The position numbers were made by a program, and so were the translations under genes. The notes under the pieces were generated by a model, which saw only the letters and a list, made by a program, of their open reading frames with translations, searched no databases and was not told the origin of the DNA. Of a stretch of DNA of 64,000 nucleotides, positions 19,396 through 28,380 are shown piece after piece. This DNA is from a virus, in the IMG/VR virus record IMGVR_UViG_3300044294_000190, positions 1 through 64,000 of that record; one strand, written 5' to 3'. The stretch's first letter is position 1. Every line of letters begins with the position of its first letter.

Positions 19396-19932
19396 TTAGT
19401 TTTCCGGTTTTTTCTTCTTTAACTGTTGTTGCCACCTGGGATCAGTGTTGAACAAATCTAACTCACCTTTAGACCTCCGCCCCCTGGGTCGGTTTTGTTT
19501 TAGGTTAGTCTTTCTTGATTGGGTGTCACCAGTGACACCCCTAAGGGGTGTCTGGCGTGACACTGGGGGGGTGTCTGAAGTGTCACCCCTTTTGGGGAGG
19601 GTGTCTAACGTGTCACCCCCAATTTGAGCAGCTGGATTATTGAAATCAATGACGTACTTGTTACTTAATTGCTTACCACTCTTACCGTGCCGGTGATTAA
19701 ATTTGACCACCCTGATCTCGCTTAGGCGAGCCATCGCTCGGATAACTGTGCGTCGACTGTATCCAGTTCTTTCTGCCAAGTGCTCATACGACGTGGTCAG
19801 CTCCTGGGTTTCATTGTCTAGGTACTGCAACGCCGTGACCAATACGTGGAGTGATACGGAATCATTTTTAATGTAGTCCAACACCCACTTAGGGACCGGT
19901 ATAAATGGTCCTCCAAATTTATTTACGCCCAT
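19396..19932 (-). CDS. winged-HTH replication initiator (lambda O-like)
   Basis: SYEHLAERTGYSRRTVIRAMARL...SNKY followed by an iteron-encoded linker; upstream of loader and helicase. Confidence 0.85.
   Translation of the reverse strand: MGVNKFGGPFIPVPKWVLDYIKNDSVSLHVLVTALQYLDNETQELTTSYEHLAERTGYSRRTVIRAMARLSEIRVVKFNHRHGKSGKQLSNKYVIDFNNPAAQIGGDTLDTLPKRGDTSDTPPVSRQTPLRGVTGDTQSRKTNLKQNRPRGRRSKGELDLFNTDPRWQQQLKKKKPEN
19521..19618. repeat. four 20-bp iterons, putative replication origin
   Basis: GGGTGTC-N4-GTGWCAC at 19521, 19546, 19569, 19599. Confidence 0.85.
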
Positions 19933-20030
19933 ACCTGTTTACTTCCTTTCTTTTGTGATGCTATTATGTATCCCAAGGGTAATATCTTCACCCGAATCTG
20001 CGGCTGGCCTTCGGGAATACAACCGTGGAC

Positions 20031-20084
20031 CTGTGGGGGTTGTGGCCGGGGGGTTTTCCCTTCTTGACCCCGGCCCCCCCACAG
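20031..20084. terminator. GC-rich hairpin between the structural and replication operons
   Basis: CTGTGGGGG..GGCCGGGG / CCCCGGCC CCCCCACAG; no U tract. Confidence 0.65.
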
Positions 20085-20088
20085 ATGG

Positions 20089-20739
20089 TCAGCTCAAGGT
20101 TTTAACAAATTTGATGATTTGATCCCTTGAACCGGTAAACGAATCGAGTACTCCCTGCTCGTTGACGTAAGACAATACAAACATCACGCCAGACGCGTTA
20201 GGATTCGTTTTAAGGGGAATTTCTGGTTGGGGGGTTGTCTCCCTAGGGGTAGGCGTTTTTGACGCATCCTGGGGCTTCCTAGGGGCCTCTGGTGCCATTC
20301 TAGCAGGTGCTTCTTCTAGGTACAGAGGAACCAAGCCGTTACAGAGGTCAACCGTGGACATCCCACGGCTTAGCGAGGCCGTGCAAATCTCTGTTGTCAA
20401 TGGGGTGGGGACACCGTCGTGTTCATCCCATAAAACCAGCGTTGTATATTTTGGGTAAAGGTCAAATGCGTCAACCATTAAGTGGTTGGCTTTGAGTACT
20501 TCTCCAGCTGACCCCTCAACAGCAGAATGTATCTTTGATGTTCCGTCGTGTATGACAGTAAATTGCCCTTTTTTAAACACAAGCAGCCAATCCAGTACAT
20601 GGGCTTGACCATCCGAAGGTTTGCCATCCCAAACATAAACAATGTGGGAGTCTTCTTGAAGATCGTGCAACCCCGCTTGGATTACCGACGCCTCTGCTGT
20701 TCCTTGTCCCGCAATTAAACAAACACGTGTTCGTTCCAT
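20089..20739 (-). CDS. hypothetical protein
   Basis: 216 aa, AGGAG SD. Confidence 0.75.
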   Translation of the reverse strand: MERTRVCLIAGQGTAEASVIQAGLHDLQEDSHIVYVWDGKPSDGQAHVLDWLLVFKKGQFTVIHDGTSKIHSAVEGSAGEVLKANHLMVDAFDLYPKYTTLVLWDEHDGVPTPLTTEICTASLSRGMSTVDLCNGLVPLYLEEAPARMAPEAPRKPQDASKTPTPRETTPQPEIPLKTNPNASGVMFVLSYVNEQGVLDSFTGSRDQIIKFVKTLS

Positions 20740-20748
20740 GTTGTTCTC

Positions 20749-21003
20749 CTATTTGAGTGATTTACGAAAGGCCATGTCACCCATCAAGGTTAGACAGCGA
20801 AGGACGGTATGGCATGCACCGGCAAGTGTGGCGATAATTAGACCCCCAAGAACCATGTTGTCAAGGTCGACCAGAAAAGATACTGCGTACGACGCAACAA
20901 TTCCGGCCAACACCTTAACCCAAGTCATGGGCTCTTTTGGCAAGAGTAAATCCACCACTTGTAAAAGTTTGTAGACAGCTAATGCTCCGAGTATGTATTC
21001 CAT
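20749..21003 (-). CDS. small membrane protein
   Basis: 84 aa, 2-3 hydrophobic segments. Confidence 0.75.
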   Translation of the reverse strand: MEYILGALAVYKLLQVVDLLLPKEPMTWVKVLAGIVASYAVSFLVDLDNMVLGGLIIATLAGACHTVLRCLTLMGDMAFRKSLK

Positions 21004-21012
21004 GTTGTTCCT

Positions 21013-22650
21013 TTATGTTTTGCCGGGAATCCAATCATAGACTATTTCGTAGTTGATTGAAGTGTCAATCAGCATAGTGACTGGAAGAAGTTTTGGCAAC
21101 ACGCGCTCAATTGCATCAATCGTTTTCTTACGGTTTGTCGTATACGTCGAATACGATGCGTAAGTATTGCCAGACCACTGGTGGTCAGAAAATGTGTTTT
21201 GATAAATAAATCCACCAAAGTCAGATGAGCCGTTAAAGTAAATGCCGTATGTTCGCGGCTCCACCATCCACTTCGTAAAAAACATGGTTGCTCCGGCATT
21301 GATTTCAAAAATACCTACTGGGTATGACGCGGAAGCGGATGTAGTTTCTGGCATGAGCATAACTGTTCGACCTTCGGGGGACAAAGCTGCTGGCATGATG
21401 CGGTTAGCAAGTTTTGTTGTTGACCAATTGTTAAAAGTTGTTGACGAACTTTGCCACTGCGAACCCCAGAATTGTCCCGCGCTAGCAGTAAGATTGGCCG
21501 ACATCCAGTAATTAATATCTTTATCTACCGGAACACCAAGCAAGGATGTCAAAGCAAATTGAGCAGATCCAGATCCGGTGTTTGTAATTAATAACCCACC
21601 ACTTGCACTAATGTAAGACACAGATGCTGTTTGGGCGGAAAATTTCCACTTACGTGTCTCCGTGGTAATGACAAACAATGAGTCCGGAATTAGGTTTGCT
21701 TTTTCTGCGTACACACGAAACTTAAAACGTGGAGATGAATTAGATTCAACAACGTCAACCGCGCAACCACTAAGTGCCGTGAGATAGGCCGTGGCCGACT
21801 GGAGAGTTCCTTTTCTCTGCCGGTAATATCCAATGTCTTTTAGAACTTGTCGAATTTTGGAAACTCCAAGTTCCTCAACACTAGATTCCAATCCCATTTG
21901 CTTTGCCAAGTAATTGACTGAATTTGATTCACACTTGTCAGGGTCGTATTGTCTAACTACTGCATCAATAAGCGTTCTTTCTTTGTCCATTTCAAAACCA
22001 AAGATGTAAAGAAATCTGTACAAAAGACCACGGTAAAGGTTTTCAGGGTCGTTATCTGTTCCATACACATCCGACTGTTGATGGTGGTAGGGAATGCGGT
22101 TCCATAGTGCATCAATTGATTTGTAATCAAACGGAACTAATTCTTGAATTGCTGCGACTCGTTCGTACCAATTAACACCACTGGGACCCGTTCCATTTTG
22201 ATTCCAATGCAGGAAGAGGGAGTAGTACGCCCATTTACCAGATTCAACACCCACATGATCACTTGCGTACGTGTTGTCAAAGTGTTTTTGTGTCTTAATT
22301 ATAATTCCATCAGCAACTGTTTCAGGAGCTCCTGTAGGTGAGTAAACCAAAACAATATTTTGAATGTTTGTATCACCAACGCCATTTAAATTTGGATTTG
22401 CCAATGCTAAAGGCGACCACGACAAACGAACTCTGCCATGGTCAACCGCTTGGGCAGAAAGAAAGGCTTCAACACCAAGACCAGCAACCGGAATAAGAAA
22501 ACCATCAGCCCTAAGAGCAGAGTCAGAATCAATTCGGTTAGTCCCACTCGGAGCAGTTGTGTCTGTTGCTCGTAGGTATGAACCAAATGGGTTTGCGTCG
22601 GGGCTGGCAGCAAGGTCAGCCCGTCTAACCCTAAAAGATACAATAGCCAT
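21013..22650 (-). CDS. baseplate wedge/tail protein (P2 gpI-like domain)
   Basis: LYRFLYIFGFEMD...YLAKQMG...YYRQRKGT; follows baseplate J. Confidence 0.8.
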   Translation of the reverse strand: MAIVSFRVRRADLAASPDANPFGSYLRATDTTAPSGTNRIDSDSALRADGFLIPVAGLGVEAFLSAQAVDHGRVRLSWSPLALANPNLNGVGDTNIQNIVLVYSPTGAPETVADGIIIKTQKHFDNTYASDHVGVESGKWAYYSLFLHWNQNGTGPSGVNWYERVAAIQELVPFDYKSIDALWNRIPYHHQQSDVYGTDNDPENLYRGLLYRFLYIFGFEMDKERTLIDAVVRQYDPDKCESNSVNYLAKQMGLESSVEELGVSKIRQVLKDIGYYRQRKGTLQSATAYLTALSGCAVDVVESNSSPRFKFRVYAEKANLIPDSLFVITTETRKWKFSAQTASVSYISASGGLLITNTGSGSAQFALTSLLGVPVDKDINYWMSANLTASAGQFWGSQWQSSSTTFNNWSTTKLANRIMPAALSPEGRTVMLMPETTSASASYPVGIFEINAGATMFFTKWMVEPRTYGIYFNGSSDFGGFIYQNTFSDHQWSGNTYASYSTYTTNRKKTIDAIERVLPKLLPVTMLIDTSINYEIVYDWIPGKT

Positions 22651-24458
22651 TACACCTCGGTTATCCCACCACTACCGTTCACCGTGATCTCGGTGAGAAG
22701 GAACAACTTGGTGTTATCGGCCTGTACTCCATAAACGTTTGGACTTGCACTAATTAAATCAATACCAGATGTTGATGTGGTGAACTTTGTGATGTTTACG
22801 TAATCAACACCAGAAACGCTCATAATTAATCGATATAGTTCGCCAATTGTAATTTTTTGTCCAAAAGAAACAGCGTCAAATGGGAACAAAGTACGAACAG
22901 CGGATTGGACGTCGTCAACAATTTTGTCTTGAATGTAGGCGGAAAGAACCGCAAGATCACATTCAATTTTCACTTTTTGTAGGCTGACCGACGGCATAAT
23001 TACTGAGTTAACTCCAACCATCTCCCTTGGTCGCAGGTATTCATAAATCAAATCCCGATACGAATTGTTCAAATACAGAGGACTTGTAGTTGCGCCCTCA
23101 GCAAGTGTTCCGTCATATGAATCCTGCGGAGTAAGTGCAAGAATCTCAACCTGGGCATTCATGTACGTTGTTACGGAAGCTGACACACTTGCCGATGCCA
23201 CATTTGCCGACGCAACATCATACAAAAGAGAAGACCCAGTTGACCCAGCTTTTACAACAAACGTACCGTCAAAGGGTTCACCCACTCCAAATATGGCAAT
23301 TGTTTCACCAACTGAAAGTCCATGCGCCGAATCAGTAGTCAACGTGGCAACACTTGCTGATAAAGCTTTGTTTGTAATTCTTCCTCGTTTTGCAATCTTA
23401 CCAACATTGACTTTTGCCGTTGCCTTAACAATACCGGGCACACGTAAAGTAAGATCAATGTAATCCTGCAATGACACGGCCCTGTCCTGCGAACGAAAGG
23501 CGGCTGGAATGTTGTTTTTTAGTGACGCAGCACTTTCTGAATCTGAACCACCAAAAGCCCGCGATGTGTTTGGAGTAATAACAATTCCGTCGTACGACGG
23601 CCCCAAATTGTTAGTAAGTGCTTGAAATTCTTTAATCGCATTGGATGCTACGTTTCCAGCAGAGCCGCGACTGCGACGATATACAATGTTGATTAATGCA
23701 TTATTGGTCGGGACTTTTCCATGAACCCCGTTACCAAAATTTAAGGTAGACGAATCGTCAGAATTAAGATCAACGGAATAAACAAGAGCAGTGCTTGGGT
23801 ATTCGATAAGGCGCTCGACGTTTCCATAACGAATTGCGTTTCCACCCACTCCCTCAAAAACGTCAACACGAATAGAACTGTGGACCACTCCAGTTTTGTC
23901 TAACGTAAATTTTTGAGTAGCCAAACCGTTACTAGTAAACGATTGGGAAAAGATTTCTCCCTCAACCACCGGAACAGTCACAGTAATTGATTTTTGATAA
24001 GTGTCATATCCGACAATTGGTGTCCCACTAACGTTAAACGCAATATTACGATCAAGAGTAAAAATAACTTTTTCAGCACCTTCTATTAAGGGTGTTGCTA
24101 AAAACTGGGTTCCCGCTGGAATTAATATTGGTGAAGCATCTGTTGCTTCAGATAAAGACGCGTTTAACTTAATAGAGGACACCGCAGCAGTGCGCCCAAT
24201 CGGAATGTAGTCAAGGAGTTTTGCAATAGACAACAACGAATCACGTTGTGTTGCAGTTTCCAAAAATGTTTCTCGAGATGCTCGGTCAACGTAATAATGA
24301 AGAACATCCCCCATGTAGGCCCACAAATCCACAAGCAACATTCCAAAGTCTGACTGATCTCTGCTCGTCCACTCTGGAAAAATTAACGTGGCGCGTTCCA
24401 ACAGCGCGTCTTTAATTGATGCAAAGTCACGATTTGTATAGTCAAAACTTAAAGTCAT
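22650..24458 (-). CDS. baseplate J-like wedge protein
   Basis: DYTNRDFASIK, PEWT..SDFG, FGNGVHGKVP, QDRAVSLQDY. Confidence 0.92.
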   Translation of the reverse strand: MTLSFDYTNRDFASIKDALLERATLIFPEWTSRDQSDFGMLLVDLWAYMGDVLHYYVDRASRETFLETATQRDSLLSIAKLLDYIPIGRTAAVSSIKLNASLSEATDASPILIPAGTQFLATPLIEGAEKVIFTLDRNIAFNVSGTPIVGYDTYQKSITVTVPVVEGEIFSQSFTSNGLATQKFTLDKTGVVHSSIRVDVFEGVGGNAIRYGNVERLIEYPSTALVYSVDLNSDDSSTLNFGNGVHGKVPTNNALINIVYRRSRGSAGNVASNAIKEFQALTNNLGPSYDGIVITPNTSRAFGGSDSESAASLKNNIPAAFRSQDRAVSLQDYIDLTLRVPGIVKATAKVNVGKIAKRGRITNKALSASVATLTTDSAHGLSVGETIAIFGVGEPFDGTFVVKAGSTGSSLLYDVASANVASASVSASVTTYMNAQVEILALTPQDSYDGTLAEGATTSPLYLNNSYRDLIYEYLRPREMVGVNSVIMPSVSLQKVKIECDLAVLSAYIQDKIVDDVQSAVRTLFPFDAVSFGQKITIGELYRLIMSVSGVDYVNITKFTTSTSGIDLISASPNVYGVQADNTKLFLLTEITVNGSGGITEV

Positions 24459-24868
24459 AGAATTGATCCTTCACCCAACTCGTCGGGGTTTACAATCTGA
24501 ACAGTAGCTGTACGAACTCCAAATGCTGGGAGGTTGTATGTTACTTCAACCATTACGGTGTTTTCAGCATAAGAAGATAAAGTATCGTTTTTTACTTCTA
24601 CCAACTTTAAGTCAAGTATTTGAGCTCCTGACACGTTTTGTTTTAGACCATTAATCGCTTCATTTTTAAATTCACTAAATACTAAAGAATCGTAATTATC
24701 AAACAATAGTTTTGAAGTATTGCCCCCGTAACTGGGATTCATTGGTCGTTCAAGAACGTTGGTTGTTAGGTAGTCCACAATTTTTTGAGAAACAATGTCT
24801 TCGGTTTTTGTAAGCACAGCAAGACCACCGCCACTTGAAATCTGCAAAGGTATTTTTAAAACTGACAT
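24455..24868 (-). CDS. gp25/GPW-like baseplate protein
   Basis: LTTNVLERPMNPSYGG. Confidence 0.85.
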   Translation of the reverse strand: MSVLKIPLQISSGGGLAVLTKTEDIVSQKIVDYLTTNVLERPMNPSYGGNTSKLLFDNYDSLVFSEFKNEAINGLKQNVSGAQILDLKLVEVKNDTLSSYAENTVMVEVTYNLPAFGVRTATVQIVNPDELGEGSIL

Positions 24869-24871
24869 AAT

Positions 24872-25132
24872 TTAACTCGGATTTACGTTGAGAATAAATA
24901 CATTTGAAAAATCAATTCCATCAGCAGTAACAACTACTTGTTCTCCAATTTTTGGAACCGACCAAACACCATTTACAGGTTTACGCCCTATTTTAGAAAC
25001 AGTCACCGCTGTATCCGGTCCAAACCGTGCCGGTATTCTTACTTTTATTTCCCCTGTTGTTGAGTTTGCCAATGATACGATTGCCCTATATACCCCCACC
25101 GGAGCCCTGTTGGTATTGTTATTAGTAAACAT
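24872..25132 (-). CDS. baseplate spike OB-fold protein (very short gp5/gpV-like)
   Basis: GVYRAIV...IKVRIP...VPKIGEQVVV. Confidence 0.75.
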   Translation of the reverse strand: MFTNNNTNRAPVGVYRAIVSLANSTTGEIKVRIPARFGPDTAVTVSKIGRKPVNGVWSVPKIGEQVVVTADGIDFSNVFILNVNPS

Positions 25133-26279
25133 AAGCAAACTCTCGTGAACTTACCCATCTATTATTGCTCAAAATTGACGTTGGCGGATCCCGATAAATA
25201 GAACCAGGGGGCGTTCGTAAACCTTGATCGTTTGTCGCATCCGTTTTTAAGTTTAACGTTGTGACAAAATGCGCGTTATTTACTAGGTGTCTAACTTCTG
25301 AAACAATCCAGTAACCATCAAATTTTGAGTCATATTTGTTTACAAAAGCCAACCTTCCCGGAAGAGCTGTAGAGATTCCAATTACAGACACTTTCGCGTT
25401 CATTGGAAAGTTAAATCGAGTGTACCGATTTACAAACTGTTTTAACCCGTCTTGAGACACAGCATTCATAGAAATTTCGTGCGTAAATCTAGGAGTAAGT
25501 GTTTTGCCAAGTCCGCTGCTAGAACTGTTTGTTGACGTTACTTCTATCTCTTTTCTAAGAACATCAAACGATTTTAATGACCAATTTGCGTGGCCTCCAT
25601 CTGGAGTTACGTCTCCAAACGTACCTTTAAATTCATAAATTGACCCAGGCTGTCTTTGCGCTGTCTCACCAATGCTGACTAATTGGGTTGGAGGCGTTGA
25701 CCTAAAGTAAGAAGAAAAAGGATCATAAACATGAATGTGTGTGCCAGAAACCATTACGTAATAGCCAATTGATTCTGCGGTATCTGACAGTAGTTCCCAA
25801 TCACTTTTACCAGACTGTTCAACTACTTTAAATGTGTAATTGTTGTTTGGAACGGAATATGACAACTTATAACGCTTTGCTAGGGAGGAAACAAGTTTTG
25901 GCAAAGTTGTATCAATGTACACTGCGCTTTTTATTTGTTTCATGTCGTAACTTGCCCCAAAACACACTACGCGAGCGGCTTGGATAAGCGATTCATTAAC
26001 AATTCCCATTCGAGCGTTGGCTTCAACATCAACATACGCAACATAACCAATAAACGTAACCATATTGCTTTCGTTGTTGCCCAAAGCGATTGAGACGGGC
26101 AAACCAATGTATTCAGTTACAGCAATACCCGGAAAACCCGAATAGGTAATAATGGCCATGTCATGTTTGTTTTCCGACATGATTAATTCAACAGAAACGA
26201 TACGGGTGTCAGGCACAGTGGCCCGATCAATAAACACATTTAAAAGCGGAGCGTCGTTATACGCGTTTCTAAAAATCAT
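25122..26279 (-). CDS. baseplate hub (gp27/gpD/VgrG-like)
   Basis: QSGKSDWELL, FDGYWIVSEVRH; position in the operon. Confidence 0.8.
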   Translation of the reverse strand: MIFRNAYNDAPLLNVFIDRATVPDTRIVSVELIMSENKHDMAIITYSGFPGIAVTEYIGLPVSIALGNNESNMVTFIGYVAYVDVEANARMGIVNESLIQAARVVCFGASYDMKQIKSAVYIDTTLPKLVSSLAKRYKLSYSVPNNNYTFKVVEQSGKSDWELLSDTAESIGYYVMVSGTHIHVYDPFSSYFRSTPPTQLVSIGETAQRQPGSIYEFKGTFGDVTPDGGHANWSLKSFDVLRKEIEVTSTNSSSSGLGKTLTPRFTHEISMNAVSQDGLKQFVNRYTRFNFPMNAKVSVIGISTALPGRLAFVNKYDSKFDGYWIVSEVRHLVNNAHFVTTLNLKTDATNDQGLRTPPGSIYRDPPTSILSNNRWVSSREFAYVY

Positions 26280-26527
26280 TGTGGTATTCGAATGACCGTG
26301 CCAGGAGTAAGGTCTAGGGGAAATTTAACTTGAGGGTTAATGTCTGCAATACGCCAATATTGTGCGCTGTCTCCGTATAACCGAGCTGCAATGTTTTCAA
26401 AAGTATCTCCAGGACCAACTGTATATGTTTGAACACCAACGGAGTAACCAGGTTTTCTTGTAGCCGTTAGCTTTCCGTCTACTGCTGAGTTTTCTCCGTA
26501 CGTGTACCTAGACAATGTGTAAAGCAT
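26276..26527 (-). CDS. LysM / tail X protein
   Basis: YTVGPGDTFENIAARLYGDSAQYWRIADINP...GTVIRIP. Confidence 0.9.
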   Translation of the reverse strand: MLYTLSRYTYGENSAVDGKLTATRKPGYSVGVQTYTVGPGDTFENIAARLYGDSAQYWRIADINPQVKFPLDLTPGTVIRIPQ

Positions 26528-28380
26528 CAAAGATTCTCCGGCCATCCGCTGTTTGAAATTGATAAGTTATTAAACAACTCATCTTTATCAGCTCTTAAAG
26601 TCCAATTTCCTTTTAGTACTTGTCTAGACTTATAACCTGCTTCAAAACGTCTTGCTTGAATACGCATAGTTAGTTCGACTACAAATTCTTCATTTTTGTA
26701 AGGAACAACTACTTGTCCTTGATGTCGTGGTCTAACAAATGTCCAACCCTCATTATCCGTAACCCATTTGTCCCTTATGAAACGCAAGTTAGCATGTCGA
26801 ATTTCTCCATTACTTGTAATTAAAAATGGATCATCTTTAGTTCCCCACCCCTTTAGATACTCAATTTCAGAAGGAAATGGTTGATCGTAGTCAACTGGAG
26901 TAATTGTGCTTCCTGTTGGAGAATGTCGGTTTTTAGTTACTGTACGCGCTGTATCAGGATTATTTTGATCCGCTCCCTTGGCGTATGTATGCCAATACAC
27001 TTTTATAACTGCCTCATAAAAGAACGTAACTTCTCCACCCGCAGAATTTCCATCTCCTTCATATTGTTTTCTAAATGAAGCACCAGCTTCTGATTCAAAG
27101 AAATCCATTTTAAATTCAAAACGTTGCGTTGAATTAGTAAACACAATATCCTGCAAACTGTCTCGATCACCTTGATTAAACCAGCTTCCCATTGAAAAGC
27201 CCGCTTGATCAACTGCGCCCTTAAAAAACGAATCAACACCTTGTTGAGTTTGTGTGAGAACATTTTGGTTCTCTTCGATTGGACCAACTGAATCAGCAAC
27301 ACTTGATGCTGGTGTTTGAGACACTGGAATGGTTGCTGTAAGCATTGTTTGTTTTTTATCAAAGCCAATGTACAACGCCTGCATGCTTACCTCAACGCTT
27401 GCCTGAGACGGAATGTAGTTTTTTGTAAACTTGTGAAAGTTGATGAGCGTTGAAGTAACAAAACCTTCAATAATCATCCATTTAGAAAACATGACTCTAA
27501 CAGGAACTGGCGTAATAAACGCAGTATTTCCAAGATTTGGATTTAACGATTGTTCTGACCAGTTCCAAGTCGGTGTAGTCTCTGCTTCTGTCTTTTCTTT
27601 GTCCTGATCGTCGGCTGTACTTGGGTCAGGTGCAGGTGGGTTTGCCGCTCGGGCGATTAGTGTTTGTTTAACCATGTTCAACATTTCTTGATTAAACCCT
27701 TGACCAACGACGGCGTCTAAAACCATGATGTCAGCAAGAACCCCAAGACCACAAACCCAACTTGGATCATATTGGTTGTTGATAAAGTATTCGGGATCGG
27801 TGTTTAAGGTGTTAACAATAAATCCCACGTTCACACTTTTTAGCCCATTTCCAGACCTAAACTTTCGTGAAACCAATTCAGCTTCCCGATTAAACAGTAA
27901 TTTAAAACTGTATGAGGCCTGCCCTGGGATTGGAACAGCCAATTGTGATGGTTCTTGATTGAAAAAGAATTGTGTTTCGTATGCATTTGCATCCACTGAC
28001 CGCACAATTGTGTCCGGTTGAAATTGAAAATTGCAGCGACGATTAAAGATTGTTGGGGGATTATCCATTTTTGCGTAAAATTCAGTTAAGCGTCGAATGT
28101 ATCCACGTTTTGTTCTTATCCGCTGCGGACGCCTTACCTTTGAACCAAGGTCTATAAAAGTGTCTCCCGGATAAATAAACAACGGGTTATCTTGCTGGTT
28201 GTTTGGGGTGGCCAGAGGAGTTACATTAAAATTAAATCCTTGACTTTTAAGTTTCGCTTGTACAGCAGCAGTTTTTAATTGTGCTTCTCTTGCGTCCGCT
28301 GACCCACTTGTTGCGTTTTGAATAAGTTCGAGATTCTTTTTTTTCGCTGCTCTTTCAACCGCATCTGCTTGTTTTTCCAT
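26527..28380 (-). CDS. tail tube initiator-like baseplate protein
   Basis: FQFQPDTI...FKLLFNRE...PVRVMF...EGFV; between tape measure and LysM genes. Confidence 0.7.
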   Translation of the reverse strand: MEKQADAVERAAKKKNLELIQNATSGSADAREAQLKTAAVQAKLKSQGFNFNVTPLATPNNQQDNPLFIYPGDTFIDLGSKVRRPQRIRTKRGYIRRLTEFYAKMDNPPTIFNRRCNFQFQPDTIVRSVDANAYETQFFFNQEPSQLAVPIPGQASYSFKLLFNREAELVSRKFRSGNGLKSVNVGFIVNTLNTDPEYFINNQYDPSWVCGLGVLADIMVLDAVVGQGFNQEMLNMVKQTLIARAANPPAPDPSTADDQDKEKTEAETTPTWNWSEQSLNPNLGNTAFITPVPVRVMFSKWMIIEGFVTSTLINFHKFTKNYIPSQASVEVSMQALYIGFDKKQTMLTATIPVSQTPASSVADSVGPIEENQNVLTQTQQGVDSFFKGAVDQAGFSMGSWFNQGDRDSLQDIVFTNSTQRFEFKMDFFESEAGASFRKQYEGDGNSAGGEVTFFYEAVIKVYWHTYAKGADQNNPDTARTVTKNRHSPTGSTITPVDYDQPFPSEIEYLKGWGTKDDPFLITSNGEIRHANLRFIRDKWVTDNEGWTFVRPRHQGQVVVPYKNEEFVVELTMRIQARRFEAGYKSRQVLKGNWTLRADKDELFNNLSISNSGWPENL

